From the IMG/VR virus record IMGVR_UViG_3300032011_003089, positions 4,930-68,929 of that record: DNA of 64,000 nucleotides. One strand, 5' to 3'. The position numbers and the translations under genes were made by a program. The notes beneath the pieces are model-generated. The model was not told the DNA's origin. It made no database searches and worked only from the letters and a program-made list of their open reading frames with translations. Position 1 is the first letter of the stretch. Every line of letters starts with the position of its first letter. Source of the DNA: a virus. Positions 19,332 to 29,309 of this stretch are shown here, in pieces.

Positions 19332-20519
19332 ATGCACTTACTAGACACATACGCTTTGAACTGCGGTTTAAAAATTGATAAACCCTACATACACACTATG
19401 TTCTACCCGCTAGGGGAAGAGAAGTATATAACGATACAGCCTTTCAGTAATTACTCTGGGAAGCAGTACGACTACTGGAATGAAGTTATAAGTTATATAA
19501 CCCCAAAGCTTGAAGAGAACGGAATCAAGATAGTCCAAATCGGCAAAAAAGACGACTCTCCTATTGCTAGTTGTATATGGGCGCAAGGCACGACGACTAT
19601 TGCTCAAGCGTCCTTTTTAATTAGAAACTCCATACTGCATTTAGGAGTGGACAGCTTCGGGGTTCACGTAGCGTCCGCTTTCGATAAAAAAATTGTAGCT
19701 TTATACTCAACCAATTGGGCTGAAAACTGTAAACCTTACTGGTCAAAACCGGAGGATTGCGCTATAATCGAACCCGACAGAACCGAAAGAAAGCCTTCTT
19801 TTCAGTTTGAAGATGAGCCGCCAAAAACTATTAACGAAATTAAGCCAGAGTCCGTAGCTAACGCTGCCTTGGGGCTGTTAGGGTTAGAGTATAAAATAGA
19901 ACATGAGACGCTGCATATTGGCCAATCTTACGCAAATTTTAACGTTCATGTCGTGCCTGAAGGTTTAGCTTCCGACTTGGAACCAAGCCTACCCCATATA
20001 GTAGTTAGAATGGACTTGAACTTTAATGAGGATATCCTTTACGACATACTCAATAAAATGAAAATCGTTTCAATTTTTACAGATAAAGCACTCGACACAG
20101 AAATTATCGAAGAGCACAAGGCTAAAGTTAAAGAGATTGTATACGTACTAGATAAAGATAACGATATAGAATTTGTTAAGTACCTACATAATACAGGTTT
20201 AGAGTATATCCTTATTACAGACATGGATGGTCAAGAGCTCAGGGATTTAAAATTCAAATATTTAGATTACAACTTTATCTTCAAAAGAGACACAAACCCA
20301 AAAGAAAGACTGAGGATTTTGGAAAACAGCATAGGCACTCTAGTTTATAAGACTAATAGGAAAATTATAAAAAACAAAAAAGCTTACGCAAGTGTTTCCG
20401 CCCTGAAGAGAGATGAGCCTTTAAAAGACTTTTCAGACCAAGGATTTTCCCCCGTTATAGATGAGCCAGAGTTCTGGCAAGACTTAGAGTACGTTTACAT
20501 AGCTAAACAGCTTGACTAA
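19332..20519 (+). CDS. GT9 (heptosyltransferase)-like glycosyltransferase
   Basis: KQYDYWNEVI, KIVQIG, LHLGVDSFGVHVASAFDKKIVALY. Confidence 0.75.
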   Translation: MHLLDTYALNCGLKIDKPYIHTMFYPLGEEKYITIQPFSNYSGKQYDYWNEVISYITPKLEENGIKIVQIGKKDDSPIASCIWAQGTTTIAQASFLIRNSILHLGVDSFGVHVASAFDKKIVALYSTNWAENCKPYWSKPEDCAIIEPDRTERKPSFQFEDEPPKTINEIKPESVANAALGLLGLEYKIEHETLHIGQSYANFNVHVVPEGLASDLEPSLPHIVVRMDLNFNEDILYDILNKMKIVSIFTDKALDTEIIEEHKAKVKEIVYVLDKDNDIEFVKYLHNTGLEYILITDMDGQELRDLKFKYLDYNFIFKRDTNPKERLRILENSIGTLVYKTNRKIIKNKKAYASVSALKRDEPLKDFSDQGFSPVIDEPEFWQDLEYVYIAKQLD

Positions 20520-20540
20520 AGCTCAAGTTCGTGGTATATT
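20512..20540 (+). promoter_or_regulatory. sigma70-type promoter TTGACT-17-TATATT (extended TG)
   Basis: -10 ends 6 nt before ATG 20547. Confidence 0.6.
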
Positions 20541-20546
20541 TAATAT

Positions 20547-21296
20547 ATGCCAAAGAAAAAAACAGTGGGTTTTTCAGAAGTCGAAGTGTCTGTTACGTCA
20601 ATCGAGAGAGATGAGAATGGGCTTATATCGCAACCGAAAGTTGATTACGTTTTCGACGACAAGGGATTCGTTAATTGGAGAAAGATGGTTAAGGCGGAGC
20701 ACCTAGTCTCAAATAGACAGCGCACACAAGAAACAGACACTTCTCAACTAGAAGATAAAGACTTGCTAATCCTTCTAGGCGGCATCAAAGAGCTTGCTCA
20801 AATTAGGGGTTACGCTTCGGTAGAGTATGATGTAAAAACTCCTAGCGCAGACTATGTCGTTGCGACATGTAAGATTAAGTGGATACCAAACTTTGAAACA
20901 GAAGGTAGAGAGGTTGTATTTTCCGCCATCGCTGACGCTTCTCCGAGCAACACTCACAGTTTTGCCTCGGATTACTTAGCTGCCATAGCTGAAAATAGGT
21001 CTTTCGTTAGATGTGTTAGAAACTTTTTGAGAATCAATATCGTGGGTCAAGATGAGCTTGGCGCAGGAGGCGGCTCCAAACAGGCTCAGTCCAACGCCAA
21101 TCAAAATGTCAGCTTCGACCCTAAGGAGCACCTCTCAGCCCTTATGAAGCAGAGAGGAATTACTTTCGAGAAAATGAAAGCAAAATTGGTGCAAGAAGGC
21201 TACGATAAAGCGGACAAGTTTGAGACGGTTAAAGATATTCCTAATATTAAAATATTCGAACTTATAGACAGAATACAAACCGCTAAGAAGTCTTAG
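20547..21296 (+). CDS. Rad52/Sak-like single-strand annealing protein (putative)
   Basis: GIKELAQ, VVATCKI, ADAS, AIAENRSFVRCVRNFLRI...QDEL resembles the AETRAxxRA...EE signature. Confidence 0.55.
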   Translation: MPKKKTVGFSEVEVSVTSIERDENGLISQPKVDYVFDDKGFVNWRKMVKAEHLVSNRQRTQETDTSQLEDKDLLILLGGIKELAQIRGYASVEYDVKTPSADYVVATCKIKWIPNFETEGREVVFSAIADASPSNTHSFASDYLAAIAENRSFVRCVRNFLRINIVGQDELGAGGGSKQAQSNANQNVSFDPKEHLSALMKQRGITFEKMKAKLVQEGYDKADKFETVKDIPNIKIFELIDRIQTAKKS

Positions 21297-21609
21297 GCGT
21301 GTCAGCCTTGGTTCGATTTATGAACTCCAATAATTGATTTAATTTCTCAGGTCTGTCCATATGGAACTCAGTGATAGCTTCAAATTGTTTCTCCATAGGC
21401 CATTCCGTGAGTATTTTCACTTGGCGTTCTTCATTAACTTGATTGTTCTCAATTGGGGCTCTATCATTATCCCATTTATCTTGCAGTTCTTCTAGCGTTG
21501 GCTTTGGTATGGGGTTGTTCTCGTCCCAGCTTAGTGATTCATAATCATCATTAACTAAATTCCAAGAATAGTCTCTATAAAAAGTCTCAAGTATTTTTAA
21601 AATATTCAT
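21283..21609 (-). CDS. Putative tail-fibre assembly or accessory protein
   Basis: LSWDENNPIPKPTLEEL...R...WP..KQFEA pattern seen in phage fibre-associated small proteins; start uncertain (21609 or 21645). Confidence 0.5.
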   Translation of the reverse strand: MNILKILETFYRDYSWNLVNDDYESLSWDENNPIPKPTLEELQDKWDNDRAPIENNQVNEERQVKILTEWPMEKQFEAITEFHMDRPEKLNQLLEFINRTKADTPKTS

Positions 21610-21614
21610 AATTA

Positions 21615-22382
21615 TCAAGCATCTATTTCTGTTATAGACATCCAAGAGCTAGCGGCCCCGCCGTAAGGTAGGTTAGTGCTCGAATCTCTATTGACATAAA
21701 TAATAGGAAAGGTTCCCGCCGCTCTACCAACTCTCACTTTCCATATCTGAGCGCTCGTTGATTCGGCTTCAGCGACGTAGCCGATTTTCGCAATCTGTCC
21801 GAAGTTCAAACCCAATAGCGAATAATTCCATACCTTTTTTGGGGTTGTTTCAGAGTCTTTAAATAAAGCAACCACGGCAGAGCCCCAATAGTTAGATTGC
21901 AAGCTCAACTCGGCTTGGATTAAGAGTTTGTTGGTTGGACCAACGGGATTATAGCTTAAATTTAAAACTTCAAAGCCTTGCGCGTTAGTTGGCGACGCAC
22001 TTATCTCAGAGTTTATAGATAGCCTATCGTTCGTTTGCTTTGTGTCATCTCCAGATATATGTCTTATCAAAGTTTGAGTCGAAACATAATGCTCGAAGCA
22101 GCAAAAGTCATCGAAGCCCAAGGAGTTTTCAGCTCTTACGATATATTTACCTAGAGTTCCGTCGAGCACAGGTATAGTTCCTGTAAGTATGGGCGTACCT
22201 TGAGCGGTAGTTGACTTATTAAAGCCCACTTCTTTTTTCTGCTCAAAGGCGTCAATAAAATATACACGCTCCGTATCCTCTAAATTTTCCCCATAGATTA
22301 TAAAAGAGTTGCCCGTAAATCCAACAGTCGGCCCGAAGCTGGTGATTATAGGTTTCTTAATAAATGTGATTTGATTAGACAT
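21615..22382 (-). CDS. IPT/TIG-containing virion protein with fibre-like C-terminal domain
   Basis: PIITSFGP..G..G...IIYGENL; C-term NKLLIQA...SWMSITEI. Confidence 0.6.
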   Translation of the reverse strand: MSNQITFIKKPIITSFGPTVGFTGNSFIIYGENLEDTERVYFIDAFEQKKEVGFNKSTTAQGTPILTGTIPVLDGTLGKYIVRAENSLGFDDFCCFEHYVSTQTLIRHISGDDTKQTNDRLSINSEISASPTNAQGFEVLNLSYNPVGPTNKLLIQAELSLQSNYWGSAVVALFKDSETTPKKVWNYSLLGLNFGQIAKIGYVAEAESTSAQIWKVRVGRAAGTFPIIYVNRDSSTNLPYGGAASSWMSITEIDA

Positions 22383-22386
22383 AGCT

Positions 22387-24135
22387 TTAAGGTTTTAATA
22401 TTCTAAATTGTCCAACTTTTCCAGTGAAATTGAAATCTTCAATTTTGATAGATATATAGCTGGGGGATTCATAAGTGTTTGCGTTTCCAGAAGGGATAAC
22501 TCCAATTTTATAGGCTCCTATTGCCGACAAGGAGCTCCTCGGAATAACTCTAGACTCTGTGCTGTTGTAGAGCTCTACCCCCGTTAAGGGTAAGAAGTAT
22601 CTCCCTGAAACGTTTACCTGCCCAGAAATCGCGCTAGTAGGCTTGCTCACGCCTAGTACGCTAGGCGTTTTGCCGCTTATATTAACTGGCGTTGAATACA
22701 TTAATGTATCTAAATTTTTATAGGTATAAGAATTATTTAAATCCGAATCTAAATTCCCCATAACAGGGCGCTCAGGAGAATCAGCGGAAGCAAGCAGGAA
22801 GGCTCTACCTTCGCCAATCATCACCGAATTAGCTACAGCCGTTACCCTAGTGAAGCCGTGAACGTTTTGAGATAGTTCAGAGTTATCTACCGTAACATAA
22901 CCAAAGTAGTCTGGCCCTTCAACGGTAGACTCTGGATTTGACACGAAGAATTTACCTCGATAACCGTATCTTAAATTTTTTCCAGACACACCAACGGTCT
23001 TGACTATCTCAGAAGCGTTATAGGCTTTAATAGATACTGTTTCACCAACAACCCAATTGGCTGGCATATGAACAATGGTTGGTATCGGAAAAAAGTTTTG
23101 AGAACTCAAGTGTTTCCCTGTATACCCCCCGCCTATGCCGCTAGCCATAACCGCTGCGGTTTTAATATTTTTTGGAACGCTAACTGTTTTATGAAATTCA
23201 CCAGAGTTAACGAATGAGCCTTCTATATAACTGTCGTCGTATCCTTTAAATAGAATTTTACTTTGTTCTAAATTCGTTCCGCTCAATCTTATATTCTGCT
23301 GATAAGCTCCTTTATTACTATCAAAGCTATCTATATATGGAGATTTAAGATTCAACCTAACACCCAAGCTGAGCTCCTCTTTAACTGAAGACTGATATTC
23401 TCCCCCAACAAAGCTGCCTGTTACGTTTTGAATTGCGATAGAGCTATCCTTTTTTACGCCTTGGGGCACGTTAAAGTACAATCCGGTGGTATTTATCTGG
23501 GATAGGTTGTTTCCTTCAACCAGTACAGATTTATTATTAATACCTTGAAGGCTAACCCTGTTTATTAAATCTAAAGACTCACCGTCTATTAAGCCAGACG
23601 AGTTATAATAACTAGGAGAATTAATTAACGTGCCGTTTATCGGGGGGCGCACACCTGTTAATTTACTTACTGACGTAGCAGATTCAACTTTAGTATAAAT
23701 AGTAATTAAGCCCTCTTCTATTCCGTGAGGCACTTCAAAAACCAGCTTTCTTTTTGAAGGCCAATTGTGATTTGCTACTCGAGTTTCACCAACAAATACC
23801 CCCGTTACATCTTCAAAATAGTTACCTTTAACCGTTACTTCGTCTCCCCACTCCTGCGATGTCGGAGAAAATTCAGATATAACTGGAGCACCAACGTATC
23901 TGTAAGTTTGAGCTCCCGTATAGCAACCAACGGAGTTACATACTACAATTTTATTGTGGTCTGGCAAACAGCAAGGAACATGAAGTTTAACCTTGGATTC
24001 ATTTTCAAAAGAGTTTGGTACGATTTCAGCTTGGTTAGCCTCAGATATAGAATTCCAATAAAACTTAGTGTCCGCATTATGGTAAATATTTTCACCACTT
24101 ACAGTTAACTGTTCAAATTGTTTTATGACCTTCAT
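22387..24135 (-). CDS. IPT/TIG-repeat virion protein
   Basis: PVISEFSP...GDEVTVKGNYF..VTGVFVG; several xxSGxNL...F.VP units. Confidence 0.65.
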   Translation of the reverse strand: MKVIKQFEQLTVSGENIYHNADTKFYWNSISEANQAEIVPNSFENESKVKLHVPCCLPDHNKIVVCNSVGCYTGAQTYRYVGAPVISEFSPTSQEWGDEVTVKGNYFEDVTGVFVGETRVANHNWPSKRKLVFEVPHGIEEGLITIYTKVESATSVSKLTGVRPPINGTLINSPSYYNSSGLIDGESLDLINRVSLQGINNKSVLVEGNNLSQINTTGLYFNVPQGVKKDSSIAIQNVTGSFVGGEYQSSVKEELSLGVRLNLKSPYIDSFDSNKGAYQQNIRLSGTNLEQSKILFKGYDDSYIEGSFVNSGEFHKTVSVPKNIKTAAVMASGIGGGYTGKHLSSQNFFPIPTIVHMPANWVVGETVSIKAYNASEIVKTVGVSGKNLRYGYRGKFFVSNPESTVEGPDYFGYVTVDNSELSQNVHGFTRVTAVANSVMIGEGRAFLLASADSPERPVMGNLDSDLNNSYTYKNLDTLMYSTPVNISGKTPSVLGVSKPTSAISGQVNVSGRYFLPLTGVELYNSTESRVIPRSSLSAIGAYKIGVIPSGNANTYESPSYISIKIEDFNFTGKVGQFRILKP

Positions 24136-25400
24136 TATATTATTTCACTTACATCTAAATGGCCCGTGCCAATCATGAAGTTATTATTGTTAGTTTGATA
24201 TGCTCCACTTATATATTTAATTTTATACTCGCCCTCTTCGAAGTCGTCTTCCCAGCATGCCGTTCCGCTGTTTGAAATGGTTTTGTTGCAGTATTGTTGA
24301 ACTCCAGCTCTCACCTTCTCACACCCAGCAGTCAAGTTGGTTTCGTAGCCGCTACATGATGTGTTGAGAGTCACATTTAATTTCCTTACTACGTCATCGC
24401 CTTTCGCTGCGGTTCCTGTGCTTGACCACATTTGTCTATCTCTTTCTAGGGTTACATCAAAAGTCGTACTTGGACAATCAACATCAACCGTACCAACAGT
24501 TTTCTGCCCGCTAACGACTGGGTTGTAATTAACGTAATACCTACTTGAGAAAAATCCTGTCACGCTCGAAAACCAAGTTCCGTTTGCTCCAGAAAATGCA
24601 GTGGGAGTATTAAAGCTTATAGGCGCATTAGATGTATTGGTTTGACTAATTAATGCGTTTTCACCCAGTCTATCGTCGTAACATTTGCCGCTGTAATAAA
24701 ATTCATTAGCGTACGTGGTTCTTCTGGAGTTTGCCTCCGCCTCAGTTGCACCCGTGGCAAATATAGCGCACCCTTCGTACGGTCCAGCTTGAACACCCGT
24801 GGATATAGAATATGAACTTATATTATAATCAGAATATTCCCCAGAAAGAGATACATTAGTAGAGTGTATCAAGCCCGTCAAAATTCCAGTTAAATATGAT
24901 TCTAAAGTGCATTCTCCGCTGCAAGGGTAGTCTCCAGAAACACATTCATCACCAGAGATGTTATTCGTTGTAAAATAAGACGTTCCTCCCATAGCGGAAT
25001 GGTTTGGGCAGAAAGGGTAGATGTCGCTGTAAAAATTGCTGCTTTGCCACATCCTTGGCATGTTAACTTTCGTAGATGCTCCAGAATTTCCTGGAACCCC
25101 ACAGTGGTATACCCCATCTTGAGAGCCTAATACGTCAGCCGCGTTCCCTCCACCATGCGTACCGTCTTGATAGATGGATAAATAGAACGGATGATTAGCA
25201 TTCGAAGGGTCGGATTGGTCAAATTTATATATCTTCATCCCCGTGACCCCAAAACCACAATCGTTATGGTATTCTAAATAACGATTAAAGTCATTACTCC
25301 ACGAGGTATCGCCCGAGCCGCTTATAAAAAACTCATTCTGCGAAACGCCGTCGCCGTTGTCGGCAACTTTTATATAATATGTAACGTGTGGTTCTGGCAT
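24135..25400 (-). CDS. Cys-rich virion structural protein
   Basis: YKFDQSDPSNANHPFYLS...FCPNHSAMG cupredoxin-like module seen in marine phage structural proteins. Confidence 0.55.
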   Translation of the reverse strand: MPEPHVTYYIKVADNGDGVSQNEFFISGSGDTSWSNDFNRYLEYHNDCGFGVTGMKIYKFDQSDPSNANHPFYLSIYQDGTHGGGNAADVLGSQDGVYHCGVPGNSGASTKVNMPRMWQSSNFYSDIYPFCPNHSAMGGTSYFTTNNISGDECVSGDYPCSGECTLESYLTGILTGLIHSTNVSLSGEYSDYNISSYSISTGVQAGPYEGCAIFATGATEAEANSRRTTYANEFYYSGKCYDDRLGENALISQTNTSNAPISFNTPTAFSGANGTWFSSVTGFFSSRYYVNYNPVVSGQKTVGTVDVDCPSTTFDVTLERDRQMWSSTGTAAKGDDVVRKLNVTLNTSCSGYETNLTAGCEKVRAGVQQYCNKTISNSGTACWEDDFEEGEYKIKYISGAYQTNNNNFMIGTGHLDVSEII

Positions 25401-25401
25401 T

Positions 25402-27654
25402 TTAACAGTATCCGTATGTTATTCCAGTTAAGTTCAGGGTTGTGTTTATAGTAGTGGAGGAAAGTACATAATTTCCAGTTAAACATTGAGAATAGCTAAT
25501 GTCTTTTTGAGATTCAATTTGCAGTTTGGCTTGAGCCTCAGTGCCAGCCACACCGCTAATCTTATTATTAAATTGATAATTGCTAGAATTCGTGTGCGCG
25601 TAACTAGTGGTCAAATTATCTCCTCCCGGATATCCGTTAGGATACAAATCGTTCATTCCAGATAACTTTATGTTTTCCCAAGCGGGTAAAGTATAGTCTG
25701 AAAACGAAGCGGTTGGATAAGGGTAATTTATGCCGCTCTTGTATACGCTCGCCTCTCTGGCGCTAACGTAATCATGATTCCAATTGGTTATAATATAACC
25801 TGGATGCGAATTTAATTGTTGAATAACGCTTCCGGAGCTGGCGGCATTGCTATACCCTGTCCCGCTTAAGTATATAGTTGGGAAGCTGGAAGAGTTAAGT
25901 ATCTCAGTACTGTATAAGAATCCGCTTTGAGCGCATGATAGATATGGCCTTTCGTTTGCGTAAGCGTTGAAGTCGCTTATGCACAAATTTTTAATAGGAA
26001 CTATAGACGGATGATTTCCTGTCTGGCCAGTTATAAGACCCGTCATCATGCCGCTTCTGTAAAAAGAAGAAGCGTTCGATATGTAGGTGTTGCCAGAATT
26101 AGTTATGTTGCATAAACAGGGTTGTAAAGCATAAGAGAAGGCGTCGTAAGAGTCTCCGTACTCATCTGTAGTATATATACCACTGTTAAACATGTTGGCG
26201 GCTAACTTTGCGCTCTTAACGATGGTCTGACCCGTTGATTTTATGTAGTAATAATCCGTGCTATTAAATGAACTGTCATATTCATAGCCCAACTTAAACG
26301 TAGTGGAGCCGCTGGTTATCCCGCTATTCCTCATAGACAAGCAAATCTTGTCAGGTTTTTTAGCTGTAGTAAATGAATACTGAGAGTTATATTTAGCTAC
26401 CTCTAAAGCGCCTTGCGTGTCGTAAGTAGTAGGCTCGTTAATCAGAACCGAGCTAGAGATGGGAACGTTAGATTGGTTTATAACTGGGGAATCGATTATA
26501 GATATTATATCATTAGCGCTAGCGGAACCGTGCGTTCCTTGAATTGATAAATCATACAGCCCTTGATTCAGGCCACTGGCTGGAACATTAAGGGTTGTAT
26601 TGGTGTGGCTAAAGCTGGGGTCGGATAAGAGATTGACAGAAGTCCCCTTCTGGTCTGTTAAAGTCGCGCTAGAAAGCCCAGTTATATTAGAGCCTATAAC
26701 AGACATAGACTCAGTTGAGCCCTTTTTACGCACTAAAAACTGATTGGGTAAAATAGAAAGACTTAAACTCGCAGCGCTAGGAGCAGCGTTGGACAGGCTT
26801 TTATAGTTCTCTACAGACTCAGACGTTACTCCAGACGGGCCAAGGACTTTAACTTTATGATTAAAAACGCCAGCAGGAACAGAGCCAGACAAGCGCGTAT
26901 TACTGACTCTTTGGAAAGTTACCCCAGAGTCGTTAATAGAAACGTTAGAAACGTCATGTAGAGCGTAACCGTAAATATTCAGAGGGTCGCCCTGCTCACC
27001 TTCCGCTGGTGAAAAAGACGTAATTAAAGGAATAGGTACAAATTTATAATTAGTGGCCTCGGACCTAGGCGTTAAGCAGGTTACAGCCACAGACGCCTTC
27101 TGGTTTATAAAGTTGCCCGTGTCTTCTATCGCGCCTATAGCCAACCAATCTCCAGAAGCATCCTCAAACGCAGCGTAATTAGAAACCCTAGTTGAAGCGG
27201 AAGTATAACCACTGTTGGTATAAGAGCCGTCGTCTCCACACAAACCGCTTGCGTATGCGTTATACAATCTTCCAGAGGCTAAGGCTTGGGTAGAGCCAGT
27301 AGCGTTCAAGTTACAAATAGTGACAGCAGAAAGAGCGTTTGAGTAAGAGGCGGCTCCAGATGTACATGAGTTACTGAAGCCGCTAGCTACGACCTCTGCG
27401 TTAAGATTCGAAAATGCCCCAGTTTGCTTATACCCCGTAGCGTCTACATTATGAGTCCGTGTTTCGGGGGTCTTTTTAAAAGTGACATAATCCCAATTAG
27501 CATCCTCTGGAACCTTTGCTAAAATCGTGGTGTTATTTGATTGAGCTTTTGCGTTTTGAGAAAGCCCGCTACCAAAATAGACGCCAGTAATCGCGCCCGC
27601 TTGCGTTACGTTAAACGGTACTGTCTGCCCTATATTTCCACTGATTACTGACAT
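25402..27654 (-). CDS. Ser/Thr/Gly-rich IPT/TIG virion protein
   Basis: PLITSFSPAEGEQGDPLNIYGYAL; further Ig-like units. Confidence 0.6.
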   Translation of the reverse strand: MSVISGNIGQTVPFNVTQAGAITGVYFGSGLSQNAKAQSNNTTILAKVPEDANWDYVTFKKTPETRTHNVDATGYKQTGAFSNLNAEVVASGFSNSCTSGAASYSNALSAVTICNLNATGSTQALASGRLYNAYASGLCGDDGSYTNSGYTSASTRVSNYAAFEDASGDWLAIGAIEDTGNFINQKASVAVTCLTPRSEATNYKFVPIPLITSFSPAEGEQGDPLNIYGYALHDVSNVSINDSGVTFQRVSNTRLSGSVPAGVFNHKVKVLGPSGVTSESVENYKSLSNAAPSAASLSLSILPNQFLVRKKGSTESMSVIGSNITGLSSATLTDQKGTSVNLLSDPSFSHTNTTLNVPASGLNQGLYDLSIQGTHGSASANDIISIIDSPVINQSNVPISSSVLINEPTTYDTQGALEVAKYNSQYSFTTAKKPDKICLSMRNSGITSGSTTFKLGYEYDSSFNSTDYYYIKSTGQTIVKSAKLAANMFNSGIYTTDEYGDSYDAFSYALQPCLCNITNSGNTYISNASSFYRSGMMTGLITGQTGNHPSIVPIKNLCISDFNAYANERPYLSCAQSGFLYSTEILNSSSFPTIYLSGTGYSNAASSGSVIQQLNSHPGYIITNWNHDYVSAREASVYKSGINYPYPTASFSDYTLPAWENIKLSGMNDLYPNGYPGGDNLTTSYAHTNSSNYQFNNKISGVAGTEAQAKLQIESQKDISYSQCLTGNYVLSSTTINTTLNLTGITYGYC

Positions 27655-28658
27655 TACGGTACAAAGATTGAGTCGATTGATATGGCTGGCCTAATGATTT
27701 CTCCTCCAGCGGTTATTACTTTATAAGGCCCGCTCCTAGCGAACCTTGGAATTTTTACTTTAATTTCTGTATCTGATATGGATATAAATTCATTTACTCT
27801 AACGTTATTATTGAAATAAACTGCGGTTGTAGAGCCTAAGTTTGTTCCTGTAATAGTGAAGGTTTGTCCTACGCTTAAAGACTGACCGCTTGGCGCGTCG
27901 TTTGTTATGGTGGGCGCTCCCCCATAAGAGCTAGACTCAACACTTAAAGCGGCCCTTATTTTTTGACCATGACTTATGCTTACGTCTTTAGATGTTAATG
28001 TTCCAGCGACCTTATAGGTTTCTCCTCCTATATTAAAATCTATCGTCACAGATTTGCCAGTATACGCCAAAGCCTCTTGAAAGTTATACGTGTCTATATC
28101 GACGCTAGAGAGCCTTTTTCCAAACCGTATGTCTGACGGTATTAAATCACCATGTTTATAAACGGGCTCCACATTTTGAGACAAGTTATAATTTAAACTT
28201 TGAATCTTCGAGTCAGCATCTATACCTTGGAGGGCAAGCTGCATATCAGAAAATTGAAGGTACTTATTGTCTTGGTCAGGTAACGTAGCGGGAGAAAACG
28301 TACCTCCAAAATCCTCAAAGAAGTCTATGTCAGCGTTTATCCTTACTGGCCCAAAAGGGTCGGCGTTAAATGAGTATGAGGTCAGGTATCCTTTCTGTAG
28401 GGTCAGCCCAGCCACCTCAAATGGAATAGGAGCCTTAGCCTCCAAGAAGGGCTTTAAAGGGTCTGCTCCAGTTAGATAGTAGGATATACTAAGAGAGCTT
28501 TTAACCCCTGCTGAAGCGGGCCTATCAAATGCTCCAACCCTATCGGCCTGTTTGGTTTCAGAAAGCTCAGGGTTTACGCTAAAACTAGCAGAATCGACTA
28601 AAATAGCCTTTCCGTTAATTTTAAAATAGATGTTGTTATAATTGTAGTATAATGCCAT
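27654..28658 (-). CDS. Tail-tube paralog with C-terminal IPT/TIG domain
   Basis: Shares GY[LI]TSYS and QS.N...S....P..K.G with the major tail protein (54679-55953); C-term GQTFTITGTNL...V.IPRFARSGP. Confidence 0.55.
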   Translation of the reverse strand: MALYYNYNNIYFKINGKAILVDSASFSVNPELSETKQADRVGAFDRPASAGVKSSLSISYYLTGADPLKPFLEAKAPIPFEVAGLTLQKGYLTSYSFNADPFGPVRINADIDFFEDFGGTFSPATLPDQDNKYLQFSDMQLALQGIDADSKIQSLNYNLSQNVEPVYKHGDLIPSDIRFGKRLSSVDIDTYNFQEALAYTGKSVTIDFNIGGETYKVAGTLTSKDVSISHGQKIRAALSVESSSYGGAPTITNDAPSGQSLSVGQTFTITGTNLGSTTAVYFNNNVRVNEFISISDTEIKVKIPRFARSGPYKVITAGGEIIRPAISIDSIFVP

Positions 28659-28683
28659 CCTTAAACCTTGTTCCTTATTTTAC

Positions 28684-28740
28684 TATTTACACTGATAATC
28701 CGCAAGAATATTTTATTTTCTAGCTGTATACGTGTAAAAT
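28684..28740. promoter_or_regulatory. Back-to-back divergent GTGTAA motifs (putative late promoters)
   Basis: TATTTACAC at 28684-28692 (-) and GTGTAAAAT at 28732-28740 (+), each followed by AGGAA[AC]AAGG and a start codon. Confidence 0.6.
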
Positions 28741-28759
28741 AAAGTGAGGAAAAAGGAAT

Positions 28760-29308
28760 ATGGCATCTATATATGAAATAGACAATTTCGTAGCAGGTTC
28801 AAGCAGCTACGTAAAAAATGACATAGTACTCTGTGGGCCCTGTGGGAACGCAGAACAAGATAGTGGTCGTTATTTTTACTATACAGGACCAGATAGCACA
28901 TATGCCCCCACGCCTGGCAACTCAGCCCAAACAGTATGGGGCGGTTACACCACCTACAACAACGCCGTAATCCCCCATTTTTTCTGGGTGCCAGATTACG
29001 GGACAAGCGTCTCGTCAGAACCTAAAGTAGAAGTTATTCAATTTGGTGACGGATACGAACAAAGAGCCCCACAAAACATCAGCGCAGACTTGTTAAAAGT
29101 AGACGTGACTTTTGACAATAGAGACGAAAAAGAGGTTACAGCTATGGCCCACTTCCTACATACCAGAGGAGCTAAAGACGCATTCGCTTTCACCCCGCCC
29201 TCCCCTTATGGTTCAATGAAAAAATTTGTATGTAGAAGTTGGGATATCAACATGAATTTTCATAATAACTTCAGCTTGAAAGCCTCGTTCGAAGAAGTAG
29301 TTAGCTAA
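28760..29308 (+). CDS. Minor tail protein, lambda gpM-like (distal tail)
   Basis: PKVEVIQFGDGYEQR...FL...GAKDAFAFTPP...FVCRSW...ASFEEV. Confidence 0.85.
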   Translation: MASIYEIDNFVAGSSSYVKNDIVLCGPCGNAEQDSGRYFYYTGPDSTYAPTPGNSAQTVWGGYTTYNNAVIPHFFWVPDYGTSVSSEPKVEVIQFGDGYEQRAPQNISADLLKVDVTFDNRDEKEVTAMAHFLHTRGAKDAFAFTPPSPYGSMKKFVCRSWDINMNFHNNFSLKASFEEVVS

Positions 29309-29309
29309 T

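Noticed and set aside
20880-20897. WIPNFE in the Rad52-like protein resembling the TMP motif
   Set aside because: Lacks the upstream Gly, is a single occurrence and lies inside a predicted folded domain; probably chance
1-21296. Bacterial chromosome flank (host genes) rather than phage
   Set aside because: recA, dnaB, dnaG and dnaE are highly divergent, tightly packed with phage-type nucleases, and share the GTGTAA motif with the structural region; a cellular origin is unlikely though not formally excluded
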